Assembly: GCA_946402275.1 (NCBI GenBank)
Contig: CAMIVY010000002.1
Location: 144,724-208,723, forward strand
Origin: an uncultured Prevotella sp.
GTDB taxonomy: Bacteria > Bacteroidota > Bacteroidia > Bacteroidales > Bacteroidaceae
DNA: 64,000 nucleotides
Direction of reading: 5' to 3'
The notes under the pieces: generated by a model
Database searches by the model: none
Seen by the model: only the letters and a program-made list of their open reading frames with translations
Told to the model about the DNA's origin: nothing
Made by a program: the position numbers and the translations under genes
In this document: positions 10,114 to 22,706 of the stretch, piece by piece
Position numbering within the stretch: the stretch's first letter is position 1
Layout: each line of letters opens with the position of its first letter

Positions 10114-10160
10114 CAAAGGTACTACGAACAGTAAACTGTCGCAATACCTAAAACACGTGA
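10114..10160 (-). promoter_or_regulatory. -7 box (TACCTTTG) plus shared upstream motif for the TBDT operon
   Basis: CAAAGGTA 10114-10121 and CAATACCTAAAACACGTGA 10142-10160; 17/19 identical to 1262-1280. Confidence 0.75.
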
Positions 10161-10184
10161 TTTGACATTGAATTACAGATGCAT

Positions 10185-10225
10185 AAAAAAACTTTCGCAA
10201 GCATCCGCTTACAAAAGTTTCTTTT
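10185..10225. terminator. Probable intrinsic terminator after the pullulanase operon
   Basis: AAACTTTCGCAAGC-ATCC-GCTTACAAAAGTTT imperfect hairpin with an A run on the left and a T-rich tract on the right. Confidence 0.55.
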
Positions 10226-10259
10226 CATTTTTCTTTGGTCGAGCGTGCCCGGCCTACGG

Positions 10260-12245
10260 TTACTCGTACATAATCAGGGCAGACTGGGGATGGACTGTGA
10301 CCTGAGCGGCATAGATCTTGTTGGTGGACTGCTCGTTGATGTGTCCGTCCTCGCAGACGATGGTGTAGGTGGCCTTGGGGACGGCTACCTGCTGGGCCTG
10401 GCGCGAGGCGTTGAGGATGACGATGATGTTACGCCAGTCGTCACGTCCTGCATAGTCCTTCAGGCGGAAGGCTACGACACTGGGGGGTGTCTGCAGGAAC
10501 TCGAGGTGCTTGCGCACGAGGTGGGCATCGCCCAAGCGGAAGGCGGGATGGTGCTTGCGCAAGGCGATGAGGTCCTGATAGTATTTGAACACCTGGGGGT
10601 AACGCTGCAGGTTGGACCAATCGAGGTGGTTGATGCTGTCGGGCGACTCGAAGGAGTTGTGGACACCTTTCTTGTCGCGCAGCAGCTCTTCGCCACTGAG
10701 CATGAAAGGTACGCCCTGCGAGGTGAACACGGCAGTCTGCGCCAGCAGGTCAAGACGAACCAACTCGTTCATTTGACTATTGGACAATTGACCATTGGAC
10801 GGTTTCAAAGTGGGGATGCTGGCCTTGAGACGATCTACCAGACACATATCGTCGTGACAGGAGACATAGGACATCATCTGGGTGGGTTCTAATGCCCAGG
10901 GGACTTTCGAGTAGTTGACCTTGGACATATCGACCTGCGGATGGAGGATGGCACCGGCAATGCCGAACTTGAGGCTTTCCTCGCAGTCGGGAGCACCACC
11001 CAGCCAACCGGGCTTGGTATCGTCAGAGAAAGGTCCACGGAGGGCATCGCGAATCTCGTCGGAGAAGGCGGCAATGCCCGGCATCTGCGGGATGTTAGCC
11101 TTCATACCGAGCTTTTCGACAGGCAGGGCACAGGGACCAGCACTCCACCCCTCTCCATAGATGAAGATGGAGGGGTTGATGGCATCGACCATCTGACGAA
11201 TCTGGTTCATGGTCTCGATGTCGTGACAGCCCATGAGGTCGAAACGGAAGCCGTCGATGTGGTATTCCTCTATCCAGTATTTCACGGACTCCATCATGAA
11301 GCGACGCATCATGGGTTGCTCCGAAGCGGTCTCATTGCCACAACCCGAACCGTTGGAATATGAAAATTCATCGTGTGCATCATTTCTCATTTCTCCTTTC
11401 TCATTTCTCATTTTTCTATAGAAATAGTCGGGATAGGTACGCTGGAAATTGGAGTGGTCGATGTCGTAGGTATGGTTATACACCACATCGAGGATGACGG
11501 CAATGCCTGCCTGATGGAGGGCTTGCACCATCTGCTTGAACTCAAGGATGCGGGCTACGGGGTTGTAGGGGTCGGTGGAATAGCCGCCCTCAGGAACGTT
11601 GTAGTTGACGGGGTCGTAGCCCCAGTTGTACTTATTATCGCTGAGTCGCGTCTCATCGACGGAGCCGTAGTCGTAGCTGGGCAGGATATGCACGGCATTG
11701 ACACCCAATGCCTTCAGGTGGCTGATAGCCCATGGCTCGGTGAGAGCCAGGAACTTGCCCGGATACTTGGCATCAGAACGGGCGATGGAGAAGTCGCGAT
11801 GGTGGAGCTCATAGACGATGAGGTCGGCAGGCGACTTGACAACAGGACCACGGTCGGCATCCCATGCATCGGGAGAGGTCTGTTCGGCATGGATGATGGC
11901 TCCACGATGACCATTGACTCCCACGGCTTTGGCAAAGACGCCAGGGCACTCGCCACGCCCCATGTCGAAGGTATAGAAGCGACCCATGAGGTCGCCCTTG
12001 ACGGTGGCTGTCCACAGTCCACCGGCATAGGTCATCTTGACGGTCTTCAAGGCCTTGCCTCCTATGCCGTCCTTATAGATTCTGACCACTACCTTCTTGG
12101 CGGTGGCAGGGGCAAAGAGACGGAAGGTGGTAGCCTCTGGGCTGTAGGTCATCTCGTTGAACGAAAAGTCCTGGGCAATGCATAATTCATAATTCATAAT
12201 GCATAATGTTAGCAGGACCATTCTCTTTATATATTTCTGTATCAT
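10260..12245 (-). CDS. pulA: Type I pullulanase (GH13)
   Basis: YNWGYDP signature, DVVYNH, DGFRFDLMG, YGEGW, YVSCHD catalytic regions; signal peptide. Confidence 0.93.
   Translation of the reverse strand: MIQKYIKRMVLLTLCIMNYELCIAQDFSFNEMTYSPEATTFRLFAPATAKKVVVRIYKDGIGGKALKTVKMTYAGGLWTATVKGDLMGRFYTFDMGRGECPGVFAKAVGVNGHRGAIIHAEQTSPDAWDADRGPVVKSPADLIVYELHHRDFSIARSDAKYPGKFLALTEPWAISHLKALGVNAVHILPSYDYGSVDETRLSDNKYNWGYDPVNYNVPEGGYSTDPYNPVARILEFKQMVQALHQAGIAVILDVVYNHTYDIDHSNFQRTYPDYFYRKMRNEKGEMRNDAHDEFSYSNGSGCGNETASEQPMMRRFMMESVKYWIEEYHIDGFRFDLMGCHDIETMNQIRQMVDAINPSIFIYGEGWSAGPCALPVEKLGMKANIPQMPGIAAFSDEIRDALRGPFSDDTKPGWLGGAPDCEESLKFGIAGAILHPQVDMSKVNYSKVPWALEPTQMMSYVSCHDDMCLVDRLKASIPTLKPSNGQLSNSQMNELVRLDLLAQTAVFTSQGVPFMLSGEELLRDKKGVHNSFESPDSINHLDWSNLQRYPQVFKYYQDLIALRKHHPAFRLGDAHLVRKHLEFLQTPPSVVAFRLKDYAGRDDWRNIIVILNASRQAQQVAVPKATYTIVCEDGHINEQSTNKIYAAQVTVHPQSALIMYE
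10770..10800. repeat. Degenerate 7/8-bp tandem repeat in pullulanase
   Basis: atttgac tattggac aattgac cattggac; encodes SNGQLSNSQM. Confidence 0.6.
11381..11415. repeat. CATTTCT heptamer tandem repeat (5 units) in pullulanase
   Basis: catttct catttct cctttct catttct cattttt; encodes KMRNEKGEMRN. Confidence 0.85.
12181..12208. repeat. CATAAT(T/G) heptamer x4 in pullulanase signal peptide
   Basis: cataatt cataatt cataatg cataatg; encodes LCIMNYELC. Confidence 0.85.
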
Positions 12246-12268
12246 ATTTCATTCGTTTTTTATTATGA

Positions 12269-12307
12269 ATTCTTCGACCTAAAGGTACGAAGCGACCAAA
12301 GGTCGAG
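12269..12307. repeat. 39-bp palindromic REP-like element, intergenic copy
   Basis: ATTCTTCGACCTAAAGGTACGAAGCGACCAAAGGTCGAG between the GH97 stop and the pulA start; outer stem TCGACCT/AGGTCGA. Confidence 0.85.
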
Positions 12308-12316
12308 TGATACGAA

Positions 12317-17016
<4,700 letters not shown>

Positions 17017-17040
17017 TGGGCTGTATAGTTAGTTATTATC

Positions 17041-18375
17041 TTATTTTGTTTTTTCACGAATCACAGAAACGCAGAGGGCTCCGACGACCAGGAGTACACC
17101 AGAGACAATCATCATGGTAGATTGGTGATGACCTACCACGGAGAGCACGATGCCACCACAGAGGGCTGCGATAATCTGGGGAATGCAGATGGTGCCATTG
17201 AACAAGCCGAGATAGGCTCCCATGTGACCATAACCCTGCAAGGCATTGGTGACAAAGGTGAAAGGCATGGCGAGCATGGCAGCCCAGGCGCATCCGATGA
17301 GCAGGAAGGGAATGAACTGCATATACTGGTCGTGGAGGAAGGGTACCATCGCAAAGCCTACGGCACCCAACAACAGACTGGCAGCATAGGCTACCTTGAT
17401 GTTCTTGAACTGGGGAAGAACAGCTGCCCACACCACAGAGCCGATAGCCTGAACGGCAAAGAGCACACCTACCCAGTTGCCTGCTATCTGGAAGTTTTCT
17501 GAAGCAGGGTCGGTAGTGTCCCAAACGGTCTCAGCAATAGCGCCGGTGGTATAGTTCCACATATAGAGGAATGCTGCCCAGCAGAAGAACTGCACCAGTC
17601 CGACCTTCCAGAAGGTGGAGGGGGCTTTCTTCAACAGGGTGAACCAGTTGGCAGAATCTTCCTCATTAGTCCCATTGGTCTCATTAGTCCCATTGGCCCC
17701 ATTAGCCCCATTATACTCCGCATACTCCTGAGGATTCCACTCTTTCACCTTCGAAGTGGTATAGATGACACAGAGTATCAGGATGGCAGCACCGATATAG
17801 AACGACCAGATAACGGAATCGGGCACCACACCCTTCTCAGCGACATTGCTGATGCCTATGAAGGTGAAGATGAAGGGGAAGAGATAGCCTGCCACAGAAC
17901 CAGCATTGCAGAGGAACGACTGGATGCTATAGGCCTTGGCTTTCTGCTCTTCGTTCACCATGTCGCCCACCAACATCTTAAAAGGCTGCATCGCCATATT
18001 GATGCTGGTGTCGAGGAACATCAGCGCTATCAGTCCGAACATCATGGCAGCACTAACGGTAAGCCCCAGCGAACCGGCATTGGGCAACAGGCACATCACG
18101 AGCACGGCTACTGCGGCTCCTATAAATAAATAAGGTACGCGACGACCAAAGCGCGTCCACGTCTTATCACTCAATGTTCCCACAATGGGTTGCACCAGAA
18201 TGCCCATCAGCGGGGGCAGTATCCAGAAATAACTCAGCGAATGGGGGTCAGCTCCCAGTGTTGCAAAGATACGGGAAATGTTAGCCGACTGGAGGGCATA
18301 GGCTATCTGCACGCCAAAGAATCCGAAGCTCAGATTCCACAGGCTCCAAAACGGTAAATTCGGTTTTTGTTTCAT
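17041..18375 (-). CDS. MFS maltose/maltodextrin-type transporter (SLC45/SUC-like)
   Basis: About 12 hydrophobic segments, GFFGVQIAYALQ, VQPIVG.LSDKTWTRFGRRVPY, DTSINMAMQPF, GAYLGLFNGTICIPQI; starch PUL context. Confidence 0.85.
   Translation of the reverse strand: MKQKPNLPFWSLWNLSFGFFGVQIAYALQSANISRIFATLGADPHSLSYFWILPPLMGILVQPIVGTLSDKTWTRFGRRVPYLFIGAAVAVLVMCLLPNAGSLGLTVSAAMMFGLIALMFLDTSINMAMQPFKMLVGDMVNEEQKAKAYSIQSFLCNAGSVAGYLFPFIFTFIGISNVAEKGVVPDSVIWSFYIGAAILILCVIYTTSKVKEWNPQEYAEYNGANGANGTNETNGTNEEDSANWFTLLKKAPSTFWKVGLVQFFCWAAFLYMWNYTTGAIAETVWDTTDPASENFQIAGNWVGVLFAVQAIGSVVWAAVLPQFKNIKVAYAASLLLGAVGFAMVPFLHDQYMQFIPFLLIGCAWAAMLAMPFTFVTNALQGYGHMGAYLGLFNGTICIPQIIAALCGGIVLSVVGHHQSTMMIVSGVLLVVGALCVSVIREKTK
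17664..17713. repeat. 9-bp tandem repeat CATT(A/G)G(T/C)C(C/T) x5.5 in MFS central loop
   Basis: cattagtcc cattggtct cattagtcc cattggccc cattagccc catta; encodes NGANGANGTNETNGTNE. Confidence 0.85.
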
Positions 18376-18441
18376 GACTACTATATTTTATTTTTGTTTT
18401 AACTACAATTTCTTGTGGTTTTTAACGACAACTTAAACAAT

Positions 18442-19467
18442 CTACCTCGTTGTCCCTCTTATCACCAGGCGCGTTCTCACCACGCGCCGTTCTGCCTTGT
18501 CGCGAGGCAGGATACCCTCCACCTGGTCTATCAGGATGTCAGCAGCCTCCTCGCCTACCTTCACCCCACGCTGTTCCACGGTGGTGAGCATAGGATCGCA
18601 AGCCACGGCACGCTGCCCGTTGGTGAATCCGCAGATGGAGATATCGTCAGGCACACGGAACCCCATGCGCTTGGCAGTATATAGGATGCCGATAGCCGTG
18701 TCGTCGTTGACGGCAAAGAAACCATTGGGGATATGATCACCCTGAAGCAATTCAGGCGTGACAGCTTCCGCATCAGCACGATTGTCGCAGATACGCGTCA
18801 GGTTCTCGTCATACGGCAACCCATGTTTCAACAGAGCGTCCTTATAACCGTTAAAGCGGTTCTTGGAAATCTCCAACGTAGGGGCTGATCCATAGAAGGC
18901 AATGCGGTTGCAACCGGTCTCAATGAGATGGGTCACAGCATTGAAGGCTCCCATATAGTCATCAACCACCACCCTACTGGCATTGACTCCCGTACAGATG
19001 CGATCGTAGAACACCAGTGGCAGACCAGCGTCCATCAAACGCTCGAAATGGCCGTAACGATGGGTATCCTTGGCTTGCGACACGATAATTCCACAGACTT
19101 TATTTTCGTAAAAAGACTGACAAATGCGCACCTCGCGCTCATAGCTCTCACCACTCAAAGCCACCATGATACGATAACCTCGGGAAGAGGCCTCCTCCTC
19201 AATGCCTGCCAGCACTGAAGAGAAATAGAAATGAGTGAACTCGGGAATGATGACACCTATCACCTTCAGGGGTTGAACCTTCGAGTGGCGCAACGACTCT
19301 GCCAGCATGTTGGGTGTAAAATTATGCTCACGCGCAAACTGCTGGATCATAGCCCTTCGTTCTGCTGAGATACGGGGGGAGTCTTGCAGAGCACGTGACA
19401 CCGTTGACACGCTGATACCCAACTCGCGGGCGATGTCCTTCATTGTTAATGGAGCCTTCTCGTTCAT
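18442..19467 (-). CDS. LacI-family regulator (MalR-like)
   Basis: HTH TMKDIARELGISVSTVSRAL, FAVNDDTAIG, VPDDISICGF, LTTVEQ. Start moved to ATG 19467 because the track TTG at 19491 lies inside the -7 box. Confidence 0.9.
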   Translation of the reverse strand: MNEKAPLTMKDIARELGISVSTVSRALQDSPRISAERRAMIQQFAREHNFTPNMLAESLRHSKVQPLKVIGVIIPEFTHFYFSSVLAGIEEEASSRGYRIMVALSGESYEREVRICQSFYENKVCGIIVSQAKDTHRYGHFERLMDAGLPLVFYDRICTGVNASRVVVDDYMGAFNAVTHLIETGCNRIAFYGSAPTLEISKNRFNGYKDALLKHGLPYDENLTRICDNRADAEAVTPELLQGDHIPNGFFAVNDDTAIGILYTAKRMGFRVPDDISICGFTNGQRAVACDPMLTTVEQRGVKVGEEAADILIDQVEGILPRDKAERRVVRTRLVIRGTTR

Positions 19468-19488
19468 AATGGTTCTTAGTTCTGAGTG

Positions 19489-19496
19489 CAAAGATA
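19489..19496 (-). promoter_or_regulatory. -7 box TATCTTTG for the LacI/catabolic operon
   Basis: Matches TAnnTTTG, about 22 nt upstream of ATG 19467. Confidence 0.7.
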
Positions 19497-19549
19497 TTGA
19501 AAAGTTTTATTCGCTATTCCTTTACCTTATTTATTTATTAAGAAACACG

Positions 19550-19567
19550 AATGCAAACGTTTGCATT
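19550..19567. promoter_or_regulatory. LacI-type operator
   Basis: Perfect 18-bp palindrome AATGCAAACGTTTGCATT with central CG, between divergent lacI and susC. Confidence 0.85.
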
Positions 19568-19620
19568 AACCTTATAACGCATTTAACTCAAAAAAAGTAT
19601 CAACGTATTTAAAAATCTCT

Positions 19621-19628
19621 TACTTTTG
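19621..19628 (+). promoter_or_regulatory. -7 box TACTTTTG for susC operon
   Basis: Matches TAnnTTTG about 70 nt upstream of susC. Confidence 0.65.
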
Positions 19629-19696
19629 CACTTGATTCAAGTCAATACTATCGAATTTCGAGAACTAATAACAATTATACTAACTTTAAAATTCAA

Positions 19697-22693
19697 ATGA
19701 TGAAGCAATTAAACATTAAAACTCCGTTTAGGATGTTTGTCCTCATGCTGGGACTCTTCCTATCCGTAGGTGCCTTTGCTCAGATTGACGTCAAAGGCCA
19801 TGTGAAAGATGCTCAGGGCGAACCCATCATTGGTGCTACAGTACGTGTGGCGAACACACAAATCGCTACTGTAACCGACTTCGACGGTAACTTCGTCCTT
19901 AAGGCAAACCAAGGTGCTGACATCACAATCACGTATGTCGGATACCAGGAACAAAAAGTGAAGGCTGCTCCTAATCTGGAGATTACACTGCAAGAAGATG
20001 CTACAGTCCTCAGCGATGTTGTCGTAATTGGTTATGGACGCGCTAAGAAAAGTGATTTGACAGGTTCTGTAACAGCGATGAAACCTGATGAGATGTCTAA
20101 AGGTATTACCAACAATGCCAGCGATATGCTCGTAGGTAAGATGGCTGGTGTTGACGTCATCACAAGCGGTGGTGCACCTGGTGCAGGAGCTCAGATTCGC
20201 ATTCGTGGTGGTGCATCAATGTCTGCATCGAATGACCCTCTGTACGTTATCGATGGACTGACTATTGACGGAAATACTGCTAAAGGTATGTCTAACGTCT
20301 TGGCTATGATTAACCCGAACGACATTGAAACCTTCACCGTACTGAAAGACGCTTCTGCTACCGCTATTTATGGTAGCCGTGCCTCTAATGGTGTTATCAT
20401 CATCACAACCAAGAAGGGAAGAGCTAATCAGAAACCTAGTGTAAACTACAATGGAGACATCACAATTTCTACTATTGCCAAGAAATATGACGTATTGGAT
20501 GGTAACCAATATCGCGACGTGGTAGCAAATACAGAAGGATTGGATGCCTCTCTGTTGGGAACAGACAACACAGACTGGCAAGACCAGATTTTCCGTACTA
20601 CTGTATCAACAACTCATAGTTTGTCTATCAGTGGAGGTCTGAAGAACATGCCTTATCGCATCAGTGCCGGCTATAACCACAGCGACGGTATTGTTATGAA
20701 CAACTACTTGCGTCGTTTTAATGCATCTGTCAACCTTGCTCCTTCTTTCTTTGACAAGCACCTTCAGTTAAATGTCACAGCTAAGTATATGTTTGAACAC
20801 AACCGCTATGTTAGCGATGGTGGTGCTATTGGTGCAGCGTTGTCTATGGATCCAACTCGTCCTATTCACAGCGACGATCCCAACTTCCAATTCACTGGCG
20901 GTTATTGGCAGTATCAGGTAAACGCTTCTTCTTTCTCAGATCCTAGCTGGACCAAGAACGTTAACCCTAATGCAACCCAGAACCCTGTCGCTCTGCTTCA
21001 GACAGAGATGATAAAGGCTAATTCGCACGACTTCTCTGGAAACTTTGAGGCCGACTACAAGATTCACGGATTCGAAGATTTGCACGTACATGCTAGCCTT
21101 GGTGCTCAGTATACAGACTCTCACCAGAGAACAAATTACTCGCCCTATTCATACAACAACAACTATTATGGTTGGAATGGTGAGGATTTCTATTGGAAGT
21201 ACAACATCGTAGGTAGTGCCTACCTGCAGTATATGAAGGAAATCGGTATTCACAATATCGACATCATGGCTGGTGCAGAACAGAGTCACTACCATCGTTC
21301 AGGTTTCTCAGAGGGAGCTGGATGGGATTATTATAAAGCTGAAGAGCACTCTCCTTCAACCCGTCAGGACACAGAATGGCGCACCCACAACTCTTTGGTC
21401 AGCTACTTTGGCCGTTTGAACTATTCATTGCTTGACCGATACATGCTGACTGCAACGTTCCGTGCCGATGGTTCTTCTCGTTTTGCTGAAGGAAACAAAT
21501 GGGGTTATTTCCCCGCTGTCGCACTGGCATGGAAAATCAATGAAGAACCCTTCTTCAAAAACGCCACTTGGCTGGATGAATTCAAACTCCGCCTCGGTTG
21601 GGGTAAGACAGGTCAGCAGAATGGTATCGATGATTTCTACTATTCACCATTATATGTGCGCAGTAACGCCTATGCACAGTATCCATTTGGCGACACCTAT
21701 TATTATACAACCCGTCCAAACCGTTACAATCCCGACCTGACATGGGAGAAGACGACTACTTATAATGCAGGTATTGACTTCATGGTATTGAACGGACGCT
21801 TCGGTATCAACATCGATGGTTACTATCGTAAGACCACCGACCTCTTGGCTACTGTAAACATTCCTGCCATGATGAACTTCGGTGACATGCTGATGAAGAA
21901 CGTTGGTTCTTTGGAGAACTATGGTCTTGAGATGGCCTTCGACATTAAGCCTATCGTTACCAACGATTTCACTTGGCAGCTGACTTATAATGTTGGTTGG
22001 AACCACAATAAGATTACTGAACTAGACGCTGGTGCCCAAGATTGGGTATGGACTGGCGCACGTCTGGGTATGAGTGGTTATCTGCAGCGCAACAAAGTTG
22101 GCGAGCCCGTTAACTCATTCTATGTATTCCAGCAGGTTTACGACGAGGCAGGCAAGCCTATCGAAGGCCTGTATGTAGACCGTAATGCCGATGGTCAGAT
22201 TACAGATGCCGACCGTTATTACTACAAGAGCCCCGCAGCTGATGTGATTATGGGTGCCACCACTAAGTTCCTCTGGAAGAAATGGGATCTGAGTGCATCG
22301 TTCCATGCTTCATTAGGTAACTATGTATATTATGACTTCCTGGCAAGCCGTGCACCAGTTGGAACAAATCTGTATTCTAATGCAAACTTCCACAACACTA
22401 CTGCCGAGGCCGTAGCACTGGGCTTCACCGGTACCAGTGTCACTGCCGACCTTTATAAGTTTAGTGACTATTTCGTTCGCAACGCTTCCTATTTGAAGTG
22501 CAGCAACATCACGCTGGGATATTCTTTCGACACATGGGACAAATACCTGAAAGGACGTATTTATGCCACCGTACAGAATCCATTTATCATCTCTAAGTAT
22601 GACGGTCTAGACCCAGAGGTTGCCAGCGGATACGATAGCAACCCCTATCCACGCCCCATTAGTTTCCAACTTGGTATTAACATGAATTTCTAA
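19697..22693 (+). CDS. susC: SusC/RagA TonB-dependent transporter (starch PUL)
   Basis: VVVIGYG, DLTGSV, NPNDIETFTVLKDASATAIYGSRASNGVIIITTK, RADGSSRF, LTWEKT, GLDPE, C-terminal F. Confidence 0.95.
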   Translation: MMKQLNIKTPFRMFVLMLGLFLSVGAFAQIDVKGHVKDAQGEPIIGATVRVANTQIATVTDFDGNFVLKANQGADITITYVGYQEQKVKAAPNLEITLQEDATVLSDVVVIGYGRAKKSDLTGSVTAMKPDEMSKGITNNASDMLVGKMAGVDVITSGGAPGAGAQIRIRGGASMSASNDPLYVIDGLTIDGNTAKGMSNVLAMINPNDIETFTVLKDASATAIYGSRASNGVIIITTKKGRANQKPSVNYNGDITISTIAKKYDVLDGNQYRDVVANTEGLDASLLGTDNTDWQDQIFRTTVSTTHSLSISGGLKNMPYRISAGYNHSDGIVMNNYLRRFNASVNLAPSFFDKHLQLNVTAKYMFEHNRYVSDGGAIGAALSMDPTRPIHSDDPNFQFTGGYWQYQVNASSFSDPSWTKNVNPNATQNPVALLQTEMIKANSHDFSGNFEADYKIHGFEDLHVHASLGAQYTDSHQRTNYSPYSYNNNYYGWNGEDFYWKYNIVGSAYLQYMKEIGIHNIDIMAGAEQSHYHRSGFSEGAGWDYYKAEEHSPSTRQDTEWRTHNSLVSYFGRLNYSLLDRYMLTATFRADGSSRFAEGNKWGYFPAVALAWKINEEPFFKNATWLDEFKLRLGWGKTGQQNGIDDFYYSPLYVRSNAYAQYPFGDTYYYTTRPNRYNPDLTWEKTTTYNAGIDFMVLNGRFGINIDGYYRKTTDLLATVNIPAMMNFGDMLMKNVGSLENYGLEMAFDIKPIVTNDFTWQLTYNVGWNHNKITELDAGAQDWVWTGARLGMSGYLQRNKVGEPVNSFYVFQQVYDEAGKPIEGLYVDRNADGQITDADRYYYKSPAADVIMGATTKFLWKKWDLSASFHASLGNYVYYDFLASRAPVGTNLYSNANFHNTTAEAVALGFTGTSVTADLYKFSDYFVRNASYLKCSNITLGYSFDTWDKYLKGRIYATVQNPFIISKYDGLDPEVASGYDSNPYPRPISFQLGINMNF

Positions 22694-22706
22694 AATCGTC
22701 ACAATT

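Noticed and set aside
9892-10160. Inverted partial copy of the promoter motif (ATACCTAAAA...TGA) suggesting an invertible promoter
   Set aside because: Only 13/19 match, lies in coding sequence (QIPKNNE), inversion would break the TBDT start, and no recombinase is nearby.
10095-10260. Cobalamin or TPP riboswitch upstream of the TBDT
   Set aside because: The -7 box is only about 20 nt from the ATG, leaving no room, and no conserved riboswitch motifs were seen.
18132-18151. 17/20 match to the 39-bp element in the MFS gene
   Set aside because: Encodes the conserved FGRRVP motif and lacks the outer stem; likely chance.
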